Shown: in pieces, positions 47,430 to 59,996 of the stretch
Numbering within the stretch: the stretch's first letter is position 1
Layout: each line of letters starts with the position of its first letter
Assembly: GCA_010909165.1 (NCBI GenBank)
Contig: VJWM01000116.1
Location: forward strand, 434,001-498,000
From: Anthoceros angustus
Taxonomy: Eukaryota; Plantae; Anthocerotophyta
DNA: 64,000 nt
Direction of reading: 5' to 3'
Notes under the pieces: model-generated
Databases searched by the model: none
What the model was told of the DNA's origin: nothing
What the model saw: the letters and a program-made list of their open reading frames with translations, nothing else
Program-made: the position numbers and the translations under genes

Positions 47430-48300
47430 CTGCAGAAAAACGCGATGATAGCATTAGCTAGGTACTTGGACTTCCACTCCTTGAGCTATTCACTGCACCA
47501 TGCCTCTAGTACTGTTTCCTGTGGAAGGTCCCAACCTTTTGCGATATACCACCGGATGTCCACATCCATGATGCAGTCTTCGAGGGCACATGTCTTGTTG
47601 GTCTGCAAATGAGAAAAGAGGCAAAATTCATGGTGTATATGCCAGCATGAGAGCAAAACCGCTCATTGCAACCAAACCACCTGCAATAACACGCACTCAG
47701 TGAGAAACAAGGCAGACATCATGGAGACAAGTAAACAGATTCGCACAGTACACCAAAAGAGTACCTTGCGCATATAGGGCGAGCATTCGCAGCAATGGTT
47801 GGCCCTATCATCCGTTCCAAGGGCGCTGGAAGAAAGTTGGAGCGACCAGGCCTCCCTTCCACTTCAACATCCATGACTGCCGCAAGAGACTTGAGGATGT
47901 TGAACATCTGTTCCTTCCGGTCGACAACACAAGCCTGCTGCTAAAGCTCATACTGGGCGCGGCAGTCCTGCATCGCTAGCTCCTCAACCCGAAGGTACAT
48001 GCTCTTCTCCAGAGCGTACAAGGCTTGAAGCTGGCCCAAAAGGTGGCTGATCAGGGATCTGTGCCCTTCAATGTCCTCAAAAGTCTCGTCCTTTCAATGC
48101 TCTTCTGCACCATCTCCATTTCTTGGGAACACTTGCGAATGTCGAACGCTACTTCCCCAAGCCTTTGTTTATCACTAGTCAATGCCTGCTTTACCTCCTT
48201 TGCAGTGGCATCCACCTTGACAAGTTGCAGATTTACATCTGTCAACGCCCCAATGATACGGATCAGGTGGTCGCTGAGGATGGTAGTGACCTTGGATTCA
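47430..48300 (-). pseudogene. Decayed coiled-coil coding region, probably upstream exons of the TE accessory gene
   Basis: Heptad-like LTDVNLQLVKVDATAKEVKQALTSDKQRLGEV..; frameshift near 48050; TAG stops; splice-like sites near 47762 and 47608. Confidence 0.4.
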
Positions 48301-48309
48301 CTGTTTGTG

Positions 48310-48891
48310 TCAAGACCTACGCTAACCAGGAAGGGGGCATACTCTATAGTAGTTGCACAGAAACATCGTGGTCAGACACGACGGTGCCCACCAACTCCAT
48401 TGAATCCTCGAGGTTCATGAACTTGCTCATGAACTGGTCAACCAATTCATTCTCTGACACACAAAGGTTGTAGAACTCCCGTGTCAAGTAACCCTTGTTC
48501 ACAGCTTTATCAAAAACATACTTCTTCTTCAAGATGTCCCAAACCTCCTTGGAGGTTAGAAGATGCTGAATAACGCTCAGCTGAGCGTCCTTCATATAGA
48601 GCATGATATTTGCTCTTGCCCTCCGGCCTTTCGAGTCCCATGCGGACGTGCTTCCAAAACCGGTCGTCGGGGTATGTACGATCGTTTCACGCGGTGCGAC
48701 AGGTGGGGTAACCGAGCTCAGTTGCATCCCATCGGTGCGACACGTGGGGTTGCCGAGCTCAGTTGCATCCCATCCACTACGCTAAACAGGTCTTCTCGGA
48801 GGAGAAAAACCTTGATCTTGCGACTACAAGAAGCATAGTTAGTACCATCAAAGAAATTTACGAGTTTACTTGCAGAGTTGCTAGATGCCAT
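48310..48891 (-). mobile_element. Truncated Copia gag remnant (second family), with possible LTR sequence at ~48930-49600
   Basis: MASSNSASKLVNFFDGTNYASCSRKIKVFLLREDLFSVVDG (DUF4219-like); WDSKGRRARANIML..TSKEVWDILKKKY; QLL*SMPPSW. Frame broken by a 41-bp tandem duplication (copies at 48692 and 48733). Confidence 0.85.
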
Positions 48892-50344
48892 AATAAAGGA
48901 GATGTATAGCCTTAATTGATATCTTGGGTAGATGATTCCGTAATAAATATGGCTTGAATAAAGATGTGATCGCTTAGGAATATAAAAACAAGCTTAATGA
49001 AAGAGGGATAAAGTAAAGTAAGAGAGGAGAAAGGTGAGAGCGAGGAGTCATTAGGGTGGGGTCCCAAGCCTCCCCAAGCGCTCCCCCTCACATCGAGTCG
49101 GAACCGGGCGCGGAAAGTGGCGCCGCGAGCACCGATCCACCACCTGGCGCACCGAGTGACCGCCGATGGCTGGTGGAGGGGCACCGATTCGCGGTACCCC
49201 CACTGGTTCGCGACCGGGCGCGAACTTGAGTGCCCGGCGCGGCGTTTCGCAGAACCCGTAGAAGCCCTTTGAATGCTCTTCGAAAATATGCGAATCCGGC
49301 CGCTGTAGGCTAATAGCCTGGGGCGAGTCTCTCAATACTTTAACGTGCGGGTGTCTCAAGAGTGGATTACTCCTCATACCGCGTATGAGAAGGCATCTGG
49401 ACTTGGGCAAGGGCATGGTCATAATTTCACACTCTCTCCATTTTGTGGCAGGTAATCTGAGAACTGTTGGTGAACAAGAGTCGCTTGCGCTGCATAGGCC
49501 GTCTAAGATGTGTTGAGGGTTTACTCATGCTGTCGGGATCAATCAGTTTCTCGCTCAAAGCAATCCATGGGATTGCGATGGGCTTGTGAGTGTAGGGTCA
49601 CATACGCTAGGTGAGGCCTCTGGCAGGGATGCGTAGGGGCTACACTCTCGAACCATGCTCTAATACTATATAGAAAATCAAGCAGGATTGATCTCATGAT
49701 GGAGGAGAAGGAAGAATTGTTATCCAAATGCAGGTTCCCGATGAGCCTTATACATTGTTAGGATTAATGATGAGGAGGTGTGTGGCCCTAACACCCTTAC
49801 TAGCTAACAGGGCTCCTAACAGTGTGGCTAACAGTATGTATCTTTATGCTCTAATACTACAACCAAGTTGGTGCTAGGTTCTCCAAAAGAAAGAACAAAT
49901 ATAGAAGTAAGTTGCTTATGATTGCCAAAAGTTGGTCCTTGGTTCTCTTCGGAATTGTAACACTTTTAAAAATTCTATAAACCAAATCAGGGTATGATCT
50001 CGTTTGATAAAAGAAAGAAAAGTATAGAGAATTCGATCTGGGTGTGTATATAGGTATCTGGCTGCAAGTATGTTTACTAGCTTCGGAATTGTAACACTTT
50101 TTAAAAGGTATGATCTCGTTTAATAAAAGAAAGAAAAGTATAGAAATAGATCCTGATTTTGGAAAATCCGATCTAGTTATGTACATAAGTATATGATGGC
50201 AAGTATGCATCAGGTAAATAGGAGGTCCAGAAACAAAAAAGACAAGCCCATCGGTACATATTACACCCTAGGTTTTGAGGCTATCTAGTTGTATTATTTG
50301 GATGAACAATATCTATCACCTAGATAAGCCAAGACCTAATCCTA

Positions 50345-50679
50345 GACGGGGGACTCTGCTACCTACTACCTACACTGCCTAGCCGTGCGCGAAGTATGGT
50401 CGAGGGAAGACAGGACCGCACGGTTAAGCGCCGGTTAGTGTAACTCACATGGCAGCGGAAGGAGCGCGGCCCCACGCCAGCGCAAAGAAGGAAGCTCTTG
50501 TGGCAGGCAAAGGCTCGTCGGCTGGCTGGCTCACAGAGACGATCCATGAGGCCGCTTCTTCCCTTTTTGGGGCAGCCCACAGGCCAGGGGCCAGGGCATC
50601 CCAACCCCTCACCCAGCCTGAGCCCCAGCCCCAGCCCCTGGAAGGCAGCCCCAGCCCCGGTCCCCAACCCCATGGCCAT
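50345..50679 (-). pseudogene. 5' stub of a divergent gene: 77-codon transit-peptide-like exon, 93-nt intron, exon 2 cut after a few codons
   Basis: ATG at 50679 gives MAMGLG..GPRSFRCH; CAT|GTGAGT donor at 50448; CAG acceptor ending 50356; then SPPSRIRSWLI* in AT-rich repeat sequence. Confidence 0.4.
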
Positions 50680-50994
50680 GCCCTTGCCCTCGCCCTTCCC
50701 TGGGCCTCCTGCTCCTCCTCCTCCCCGCCGGCGCCTGCGCCTGCATGCCTTCCTCCTCCTCCTCCTCCCGGCTCGCGCCCGCTTCCCCGCCGCCGCGCCT
50801 GCTTCCCCGCGCCTGCCCCTCGGCATCGGCCACGCCCCTGCCCGCTCGCCCCGCGCTGCACCACCCTCTTTCCCCTCGTCCCGTTCTGCCCTTGTGGGCT
50901 CCCGGCCTCTGCCCCATTTTGTGGGTTCCTGCCGGCCGCCCACATTCGCTCTTGGGCCCGGGGCAGGAGATTGGGGCGATTGTCGTTGCTCGGG

Positions 50995-53469
50995 ATGGAT
51001 GCGGACGACGCGCCGGATTCCGGCAAGGGGCAATTCCGGAGGCGGAGGTCCGAGCCGGTGCACCGCAGGCCGCGCACTCTGTCGCAGAACCAGAGCTTGT
51101 ACGGCGGTGGAGCGGGGAGGGCCACCCCGCCGTCCTCAGACGGGCACGGGCTGCAGGGCGAGGAGGAGCCCAGGAGGTCGCCGTACAGGAGGGGTAATGC
51201 CGGGGAGCATCATGCCGGAAATGGAGACGGGCGGGCGCACAGGCAGACCAAGCTGATCGGGAGGGAGGACGAGGGCGGGAGGCAGGAGCCGAGGAATGGG
51301 AGGTTCCATAAGGGGAACGGCTTTTCCGAGGCGGAGGACGATCTATATGCGGAAGGGGAGAAGGAGAAGGTCGCTGCTGCGCATCGGGACATGGCGCCTG
51401 GGCGTAGGGTTCCCGCGATCAAGTTCACTCTGAGGCCTGCGGCTGCGGCGGCGGAGGAGGCGCCCAGAAAGAAGCGGCGGCTGCTGATTGATGTGAGTGT
51501 GGGGTTGGGTTGCACTTTGGAGTGGTGTGTGATTGGGGTTTGGAGGAGGGTAATGCCGGGGAGCATCATGCCGGAAATGGAGACGGGCGGGCGCACAGGC
51601 AGACCAAGCTGATCGGGAGGGAGGACGAGGGCGGGAGGCAGGAGCCGAGGAATGGGAGGTTCCATAAGGGGAACGGCTTTTCCGAGGCGGAGGACGATCT
51701 ATATATGCGGAAGGGGGAGAAGGAGAAGGTCGCTGCTGCGCATCGGGACATGGCGCCTGGGCGTAGGGTTCCCGCGATCAAGTTCACTCTGAGGCCTGCG
51801 GCTGCGGCGGCGGAGGAGGCGCCCAGAAAGAAGCGGCGGCTGCTGATTGATGTGAGTGTGGGGTTGGGTTGCACTTTGGAGTGGTGTGTGATTGGGGTTT
51901 GGAGGAGGGTGGGATAGTGGGGTGGGGGTCTTGGTTCTGATGGATTGCGTGTTGCGTGGTGCAGAATTATTATGATGAGGATGCTCCAGAGGCTGCTCCT
52001 GCCCCGGCTGGAGTGCGGGCCGTGGCTGTCGTGGATCCGGTGCCTGAGGTGAAGAAGGTGGAGAGGAAGGAGGTGGGGCAGCATGGGCAGAAGGGGGCAG
52101 AGCCGGCGAGTTTGGAGTCTCCTGTGCCCTCGGTGCGGAAAAGTGCAAGGGTGCCGAAGAAGAGGGTTCTGGACGGGGATGACGATGGAGATCAGCAGCA
52201 CGAGTTTGTGGTGAAGGGTGGGAGGAAGGGGGAGAATGGGAAACATGTTGATGAGGAGGATGGTGCCAAGGATGAGAGCACATCTGATCGTGGGACGGAG
52301 ACTGCCGATGAGGATGAGGAGGATGTTGTGAAGGCAAAGAAGGGAAGGATACAGGATCTCTATGATACTAGCGTCAAGGAAAGGCCTGCTGCAACAGCTC
52401 ATTTGACAGCACGCCAGAGGGCCATGCTGGAGAAGGATAACGATAATCATGTCTCCGGTCTCATCGAGTTTCCGGATGGGTTGACAGATACACAGCGTCG
52501 TGAGTCACTGTTACCTATTGCTTGATGATGTCTGTCTTGCCTCTCTTTTGTTTCATAGGGTGCAAAGGATGGGTTGTTATATTTTATGTTGTTGCTGACA
52601 TGGTACCTTGGGGGCAGGTGGTCGCAAGTCAAGGATATCTGAGGCTGATCGGCAAGTGAAGAGAGCAGAGGCTGCTCGGAAGAGGAAGCAGCAAGTTGAG
52701 AAAAACGCCAAGGAAATACAGGTGTGATAGCTTACCATAATGTGATGTCCAAGGAGGTTGCTTGGTCACCAGGTTGATTTAGCTAACCTGCTGAATGTTC
52801 TTCACCGCAGGCTTCTGCCATACAGAAGATTCTGGGCCAAGATTCTACTAGGAAACGGAAGGAGGAGAAGCTCTCAAAGCGAAGAGCCGAGCTGGAGGAG
52901 GTAGGAATCGGCACTTGGTCACCAGTCTTCGTCCACGCCTGAGCATCCCTGCATAGGCCATGTTGGAATTAACGTTTGCCAAATGTTTGTTGTGGTACCA
53001 CAGGAGAAGAAGGCTGCTGCCTTAGAACCTGCATCGAATAAGATAAAGTGGATCTTTGGAAGTGAGGGGACCAGAGTGGCGTTTGCTGTGGATGTCCCTC
53101 TACCTGCATGCTTCGGCTCCCAGCCTATCAGGTAACCAGGCCTTCCTTCATTTGTGTGTAAATGATAATTTTTTGTTCTTTTTCTGGCTATCAAGTGTAG
53201 GATAATAAATGTGTGTTTGTTCTAGCATTAGCCAGGCCATAAAGCTAGCCTCGTGTGCTCACAATCCTTTTGAATGACTTGTCTTCAGCCACCCTCCGCC
53301 GCGAGAGAAGTGCGCTGGACCGTCCTGTGGGAATGTCTATGTGTATCGAGACTCAAGGACCAAGTTACCTTTGTGCAGCCTGCGGTGTTACAAATTGATT
53401 CAAAATCTTTCAGCTGTCCCGGCAGCAGTTCCACCCTCAAACAATTTTGATATGGTAAAAGCACATTGA
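50995..53469 (+). CDS. IES2: INO80 complex subunit B / IES2 (PAPA-1 + zf-HIT)
   Basis: RRRRSEPVHRRPR N-terminus; LTARQRAM; LIEFPDGL; QVKRAEAARKRKQQVEK; IQKILGQDS; CAGPSC..Y.YRDSRTKLPLCSLRCYK. Exons 50995-51492, 51965-52499 and four more, ending at TGA 53469. Confidence 0.94.
51195..51910 (+). repeat. Near-perfect 356/359-bp tandem duplication covering the end of IES2 exon 1 and the intron 1 donor
   Basis: Copies start at 51195 and 51551; donors at 51493 and 51852; copy 2 has an extra TA and an extra G. Confidence 0.95.
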
Positions 53470-53673
53470 GGTGTGCGGGTCATCCTGCTTAATATACTAG
53501 GAAGGCTCGCAACCTCGCGAATGGCAGGTTCAAGTGCCTGTCCTATTGCAGTGACGTAGCGCACTGAGTGCTATGCCGATACTAGATAGGTAGACCAGGC
53601 GGATGCTGTAAAAAATTGTGCTGATTTCACCGACAAACTGAGTACGAATGATGGATCGACATGGCCCAGAGGT

Positions 53674-54490
53674 TTAGAAACCCGCACTCCACGTCTTCTC
53701 TGCAACGATTTTCGGAGGAGTCTTTCCAGTAGCGCTCACAGTCGTGGTAATCTGCAAGCATCAGGACTGTCAGGTCAGACTGTCCGGTCTGAATCACAAA
53801 GACAAAACGCTAGGACAGCGGTCATCTCACCTTAAAAGGCCCTAGTTCCTTTGAGTCCCTGGCCCACTCGACACCAATGTTTTGCTTCCCAGCATCATAC
53901 GTAGCCTTCAATGTATCATCCTTAGATAACTTCTGTGAAACCCCAAAATACCAGGACTCGGATGCAAAATCGTATCCAGTATCCAATGTAGTGTTGCCCT
54001 CACGGATATACGAGTACTTCAGCTTGCTACCACGTGACAAAAAATTGTACTCCCCTGTAAGCTTGTTCTTTGAATCGAACACCACCTGTGTTTCCAGAGT
54101 GGTGGCATTCGCTCTCTGAGGGTGAATATACGTGAGCTTCACTGTCCTCCCGCCTACCTTAGCCGAATTCATGAACTGAAACCTGGCAGCCTGTGCTCCC
54201 ACTCTGCACCGTCAGCTCACTCCGACTTCCTCTCCTCCCACACAAAAATATCAGTACCAAGAACTACCAGCAAGGCTTCCTTTCCTTACATTGGAAGGTA
54301 TGTCGTAATCAATGATGAAGGAACCGGGCTTCTCCACGCCCAGGCCAACGCCAGTTAAACTCGGCCCATTCACAAACGTGGTGTCAGTGACCGAAGCCTT
54401 GACCTTCAAATCCCCAACTCCCACACTCAGCGTGGCCACAGCAGACTGCGAACCGGAATCATACTTTGTCTTGATGGAAGTCTTCGTCAT
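53674..54490 (-). CDS. OEP24: Chloroplast outer envelope pore protein 24
   Basis: MTKTSIKTKYD..GDLKVKASVTDTTFVNGPSLTGVGLGVEKPGSFIIDY; RFQFMNS..LTYIH; PKIVAEKTW. Exons 54490-54290, 54190-53831 and 53751-53674. Confidence 0.95.
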
Positions 54491-55803
54491 TTGCAAACAC
54501 CTGCACCATCACAGACCGGAAACCCTACATTGCTCAGCGGTACGCCAGATGCTCCAATGCCCGCCTTAGATGAGCTGAACGGCCGGCAAGAGCAAGAAAC
54601 CTGAAGCTCATCCTTCTCCCTGGACCTCATCTGTGCTTCCATCCCAAAACCTGCAACAATGTCCTCGGATCTGCTTACCTGCAGGTCTGAGGCCCGCAGA
54701 TGTGGACTCCCGGCACGCACCGGCCTCACCGATCTGCGAGCTCCTCCGAGACGATCGCCAAAGGGCCGCGGCGGGTCGCGCTCGATTGCTCCGCCTGAAA
54801 GCCCGGCAATCTGCCTGGTACGATGCATAATTACACTTACTTAAAGGGAGTGCGATGTATTAGAACTTAACCCTGGGCTGATGTCGGCGATAGAGATGAA
54901 TAATAAATATCCCCGGTTTCCCTCTTTAAGTGTGGTCACGTGAAAGCGAACAGTCATTCATGCTTGCCAGCCACCAACCCAACAGTGGAATTCAAATCAG
55001 AGTATCGCCAGCCGGCTGCGTCCTGCGTCTGTTCCGCCAGTTTCGCCGGGCTTCAATGTCCGGTGTGTCTCCTCCTGTCTCCCCGGGCTGGTGCCGGCCC
55101 AGGCCCTGGACTCGGTGACGCTGCAGCTGCGGCTGCGGATTTCGCAGAATTCGCGAATTCGCGAATCTGAATCCCCTCGTTCCCAGCGCCGCCTGCCGGG
55201 TCTCTCGCCGCGACCGCGTCTCTGTGGGCCTGGACAGTCGACTCGCGCTGTGGGCCTCGTCTCGGGGCGAGGTGCAGCTGCCAAAGTCACTGTGCGCACG
55301 GGGGGCGGATTTCGAGCCTGCCCGCTTGCGGCAGCCGGAGCTTCTCGCCGTTTCCGTCGTCTCTCTGATGTGGGTCGCTCGGCGTTGTGTCCAGCCGGGG
55401 GTTTTAAGTGCCTTCTGCTTTGTGGGCAATTCAATGAGGTGGAAGGGAGCTGGAGCTCTTGTTGGGCGGTGATGGGTTTGGTGTGAGGAGTCGAAGCTGC
55501 AATTGGGCCGGCCGTAATGGTGAATGCTGTGGCTGTGAGGCACGAGCTGGGGCAAATGCGTTTGTGGGTTGTTGGGAGGTGGACCACGGGGTGAAGCACC
55601 AGGCTGCGGGAATTGAATGTGTGGCGCGCAAGGCGGGGGATTGAGTGGGTTGTGTCTCAGTCTGGAGCGTTTCGAGCCCGTCGGGAATGGTCAGAGCGTT
55701 TGAACATTGGGTTTTTGTGGGGTTTTGGGAGCCCAGCTTGTTTGGGCAAGGCACGGTCCAGTCCAAGCTCGGTCGGTTTCTATGATTTTTACTTGTTCTC
55801 CCG

Positions 55804-58800
55804 ATGGCGGAGGGGCCGCGTCTTAGTCGAAAGGACCAAAAGCCGAGTGGAAGGTTCTTGAATTTCAGGCTATTTGACAGATCGGGGACAAGCAAGGTAT
55901 GGAGTTTGATCATGCGTTCTTGGCCGTGTGTGGTTGTCTGCATTGGAAAGTGAGGTGCTTTCCATGCGGGTGCGTTGGACGGTCAGATTGGTTGGGGTTG
56001 TATGTACTCATTTTCAGGATTCCCAATCCCAAAAGTGTGAGGGAGGTACAGGGTTGATATTTATGCAGTGATAGAGGTGGAGAGGGTTTGTAGGGGCAAT
56101 GTCGTGTGTTGAAGGTGGCTTGCCGCTTGACTTTACTGTTGCAGCAGTACGGCTGGTTACTCCTGATGTTTGATTCCTTCCGTGCTGTTCAGCTTTGCTT
56201 GGGTTAGCAATCATAGACAACTGGTTGAGTTAGACCCTCGGCTGATACACCGTTCTTCGAAGGTTTCGTCTACGCTTGCCAGCAGTGGCGGGCTGGAAAC
56301 ATTGCGGCCTGGAAGCAGTCTGAAGCTTGTGTGACTTGTGACTTTCAGCTGTTTTTTTGTGGCAAGGTCTCTGTACTAATGACATGCGTGAGTCGACAAG
56401 TGTTTAGACACTGGAAGTGGGAAATTGTGATCTTCTGAGAACGGAAGCTCTATCAGTTGCATGGAGAATGGTGGTCACAAGATTACACCCATTTTGTGTT
56501 TCAGGAAGAAGCACCAGGTGCCACTACCACTCGTGGAACTGATAGAAAAATGGACGAGGCGGGCGTTCGTCCATCAGATGACAGGCTTGATGAAGCCAAT
56601 AGCAGCTTGGATTGGAATACGATTCACCCTAAGGGCGAAGCGCCAGAGCCTCGCTTCTATGTATGCCTTCCCCGGTGCTCTTTGAATTGAGGTCTCCTGT
56701 TTTTTACTTGCCTGCTGTAAAGTTTTTCATCAGCTTTGATCTCTCAGAGCTGACACAGTTCTTCCATCGCCTGTCAGCATGCAGCAGCTGTTGTTGGTCG
56801 GAAAATGCTGGTGGTTGGAGGTGATACAGGACGTAGAAAGTTGAACGACGTGCAGGTTTGACCTGTGCAGCTTCTTTCCTTCATTTTTCTTATCCTCTCC
56901 GTTTTTTTTTTCGGCATATCTAGTCGACATGAGTCTCCTAATGCGCTGACAGATCCTAAAGAACCTCATCTTCTCTGCAGTTGCTACATCTGGGGAAGCT
57001 GACCTGGACCGAACTTGGACCTGGATCAGAAACAGATACTGGGGGCCTGTATACAAAGCCGGGATCTGTTCAGCAACTCCATCCGTGCAAGGGCCACAGC
57101 CTAGTGCGTCCCCTGCGATGAATTTACTCTTAGACGCAGCTATGATGTCCTATACGTGACAGAGGGTCTCACCCTGTTTGTTTGACCAATTAATGTGTCA
57201 GGTTCCTTGGGGTAAGAATGTGCTGCTGATTGCAGGGGAGATGAATCCTCCAAAAGACAGAGTGGAAGGTCTGGAAAACTTTCCACCCCGTGTGCTCATT
57301 TCCTTCGTGCCACATGTATTGCAGCATGCCTAGGGCTGTTCTTTTTTCGGCTTCTCCTCTCCTGTTCTCGGAGTTTCACAATTGTCAATCTTGGCATGTG
57401 TTCTTGCAGTGTGGTCATTTGACATTGAAGCAGAGAGCTGGAGTAAAGTCGCAACAAAGGGGGAAATACCTGTAGGTCTTAGACTCTCCTCCATTGCTAG
57501 CATAATTAAGAGGTCGTCCTTAGAGTACAGGTAAATTGAGACCAGTTGCGGATTAATTTCTTGTCTACCCTGTAGGTTGCCCGGAGTGGCCAAAGTGTTA
57601 CCCGGGCAGGATCTATCCTTGTATTGTTTGGTGGGGAAGATGCTAAGGGTCGGAAGCTTAATGACCTACACATCCTCGATATGAAGCAACTTATGTGGCT
57701 TCCGCTTCAGACAACGTAAGGGCAATCAGGTTTGCTGTTGATTGTTTCCTCTTTCGTCTTCCTATGTTGACATCCTGGATGTGCTACTCCTTTCCAGAGG
57801 TACTGCTCCTGTCCCACGTGCTAGGCATACAGCTGCTATGTACCAAGATCGTTTTTTGTTGATCTTCGGAGGAGCATCCAAACACAAAAACCTTAATGAC
57901 ACTTTCTCCCTTGATTTGGAATCTGTATGTTCTCAGTGTACCCCCTTTTGTGTTAAGCTTGTCTATCACGTGACGGAATTGGCCCTGTATTGATAACAAG
58001 CATGCAAACGGATGCAGATGGAGTGGTCTCGGCTCAAGACCAAAGGGTTGACACCAGGTCCCCGTGCTGGCCATGCCAGTGCCTTAATTGGTGACAAATG
58101 GTACATCACAGGAGGCGATAATTCTGGTAACTGATCAAGAGTCAAAGAAGGCTCAGCTTCTGTGAGCATGATAGTGGATTGAAGCAAGTCTTTTGCAGGA
58201 CAAGTGCAAACCTTGCTTCTGGATCTACTGCAAACAACTTGGTCATTAGTTACGGCCTCAAAAGTTGATTCAGTGGTTGGCAATCAGGTGAGAATTTGAT
58301 TTGAGTCGTCAACAAGAAACGGTCCTAGTTTTTCTTTACTTTGAGAGCTAAGCTCTGTTTGCTGTTTGACAGGGTTTGAGTCTCCAGACGGTTCAGCGCA
58401 GGGATAGGACATTTCTTGTGGCTTTTGGTGGAAGAGGCTCGGAAGTTTCATCTGAGGTACTGACCCTTGTGTTTGCTACCTCATGTCAGCTTTTCTGAGT
58501 TGATTCGATGGAGTGCGTTGTCTGAACTCTTAACGAGCTGTTGTTGAACTTCCACCAACAGGTGCAAGTCTTGTTTATTCCACCGAGTGACAACTCAGTT
58601 ATCAGGACTCCTCCACGTATGCTTGAACAAACTTCCACGGGTTCAACGCCAGAGAATGCCCGTTCCCGGAACCACTCACCATCCTTTGCCCCACTTCCAG
58701 CCTCAGGAATTCCATGTGCCTGTGTGAGCGTGGCAGAGCCGAGTGTGTTGCCAGCTTCTGAACAGGGTCGAGCTTCGCCTAGGGAAGAGACAACTTCTTC

Positions 58801-59996
58801 TAGCACAGTTGCAGACTCTGCTCTCACACCTCTACGAAAGAGGTTTGCTCAGGTCCAAAACTCATTGGCTGATGCTGCGGACAGCGTGTCAACGTTGCGG
58901 TCAGAGCTTATTCGAGAAAGGAGTGCTTCTGAATACGCTTCTCGAGAGGTAAGCCAATATCCTCTTGGCGCTTTTCAGCCTGGGTGTCGCGCATACTGCA
59001 GACGGAGGTATAAACTGACCGGTTTGTCTGCCAGGTACTCTCCCTCAGTGAAGAAAGTTTTGGGTCGGGGGGATCCCATTCCCCGAGTAATGAGTCACCA
59101 TCGAAAGGGGAGTCAAGTGGAGACCAAGGAAGCTGGAGGAGTTCCTCCAAGCCTACTTCGTCCCCTTCAAAAATCACGCAGGCTTTGTGGCCTCGAGTGA
59201 CAAGCGAGATAAACGACAATGTACCCGCGCAACAAAGAAGCCCTGAAATATCTGCCGCCCTGGCTGGTATTCTCGGCACTGGATGGTCCTCGAAGCATGC
59301 ATTTGAGCAGCAAGGTAGCCTGAAGGTGAGTGAGGAGCTGGAGCTGGATGTGGACGAGGACCTTCGTCATCCTGATGCAGAAAGACGGGAAGATGCAATC
59401 AGAAAGCTGAAGCAAAGCTACGAGAGAAAACTTGCAGCCGCTCTGCAAAAGAATGCTGTAACAGAAGGACAGTTTGCGGTGGTATCCAAGGGCAGAGAAG
59501 AGGTGGAAAAAGGTCTCAGGAGGGCCCTCAGAGCTAGGGAAAAGGCTGAGGACAGACTTACTGCAGCCTTAAAGGAGCAGCAAGAGTTGCAGATAAGCGT
59601 GAAACAAGCGGAGAGGGCCCAAGAGGAGTCAAACAGCTTAGCGAACATTGTGCATCAAGAGAACCTTCGCCTGGAACATGATGTTGCTTTCTTGAAGGCT
59701 ATGTTGGAGGAGACACAAAAGGTTAGAACCTAACGAAGTACTGGTTTTAGATCGGAGCTGCTGGTAGCTAAATGACTGCTCAAACTGTTATTCAGGAGTT
59801 GCAAACGACACGCGGAGTCCTGGAAGGCGAGCGCTCCCGCGCTTTCCAGCTACAGGTAACTTGTATGATTCACGCTATGAGTTGAGTTGTACTTGGTCAG
59901 TGTGTTAAAGCCAAATCTTCGTTGCAGGTTGAGGTTTTTGAGTTGAAGCAGAGACTACAGGCACTGGAGTCCAGTTCCGTTTGGACCGGATCGTAA
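55804..59996 (+). CDS. Kelch-repeat protein with C-terminal coiled coil (At5g18590 / ACBP4-like without ACB domain); start codon tentative
   Basis: PEPRFY|HAAAVVGRKMLVVGG; KGHSL.PWGK; ARSGQSVTRAGSILVLFGGED.KGRKLNDLH; PRAGHAS.LIGDKWYITGG; ENLRLEHDVAFLKAMLEETQKELQTTRGVLEGERSRAFQLQVEVFELKQRL; stop TAA at 59994-59996. Confidence 0.92.

Noticed and set aside
50449-50994. 182-codon in-frame N-terminal extension of IES2
   Set aside because: Low-complexity Pro/Ala-rich sequence where most frames are open because of high GC. Family homology begins at Met 50995, and the region is better explained as promoter/UTR plus the divergent stub.
55144-55170. Palindromic TTCGCGAATTCGCGAA as a heat-shock element
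   Set aside because: Only TTC-nn-GAA pairs with wrong spacing to a third unit; it may simply be an 8-bp tandem repeat.
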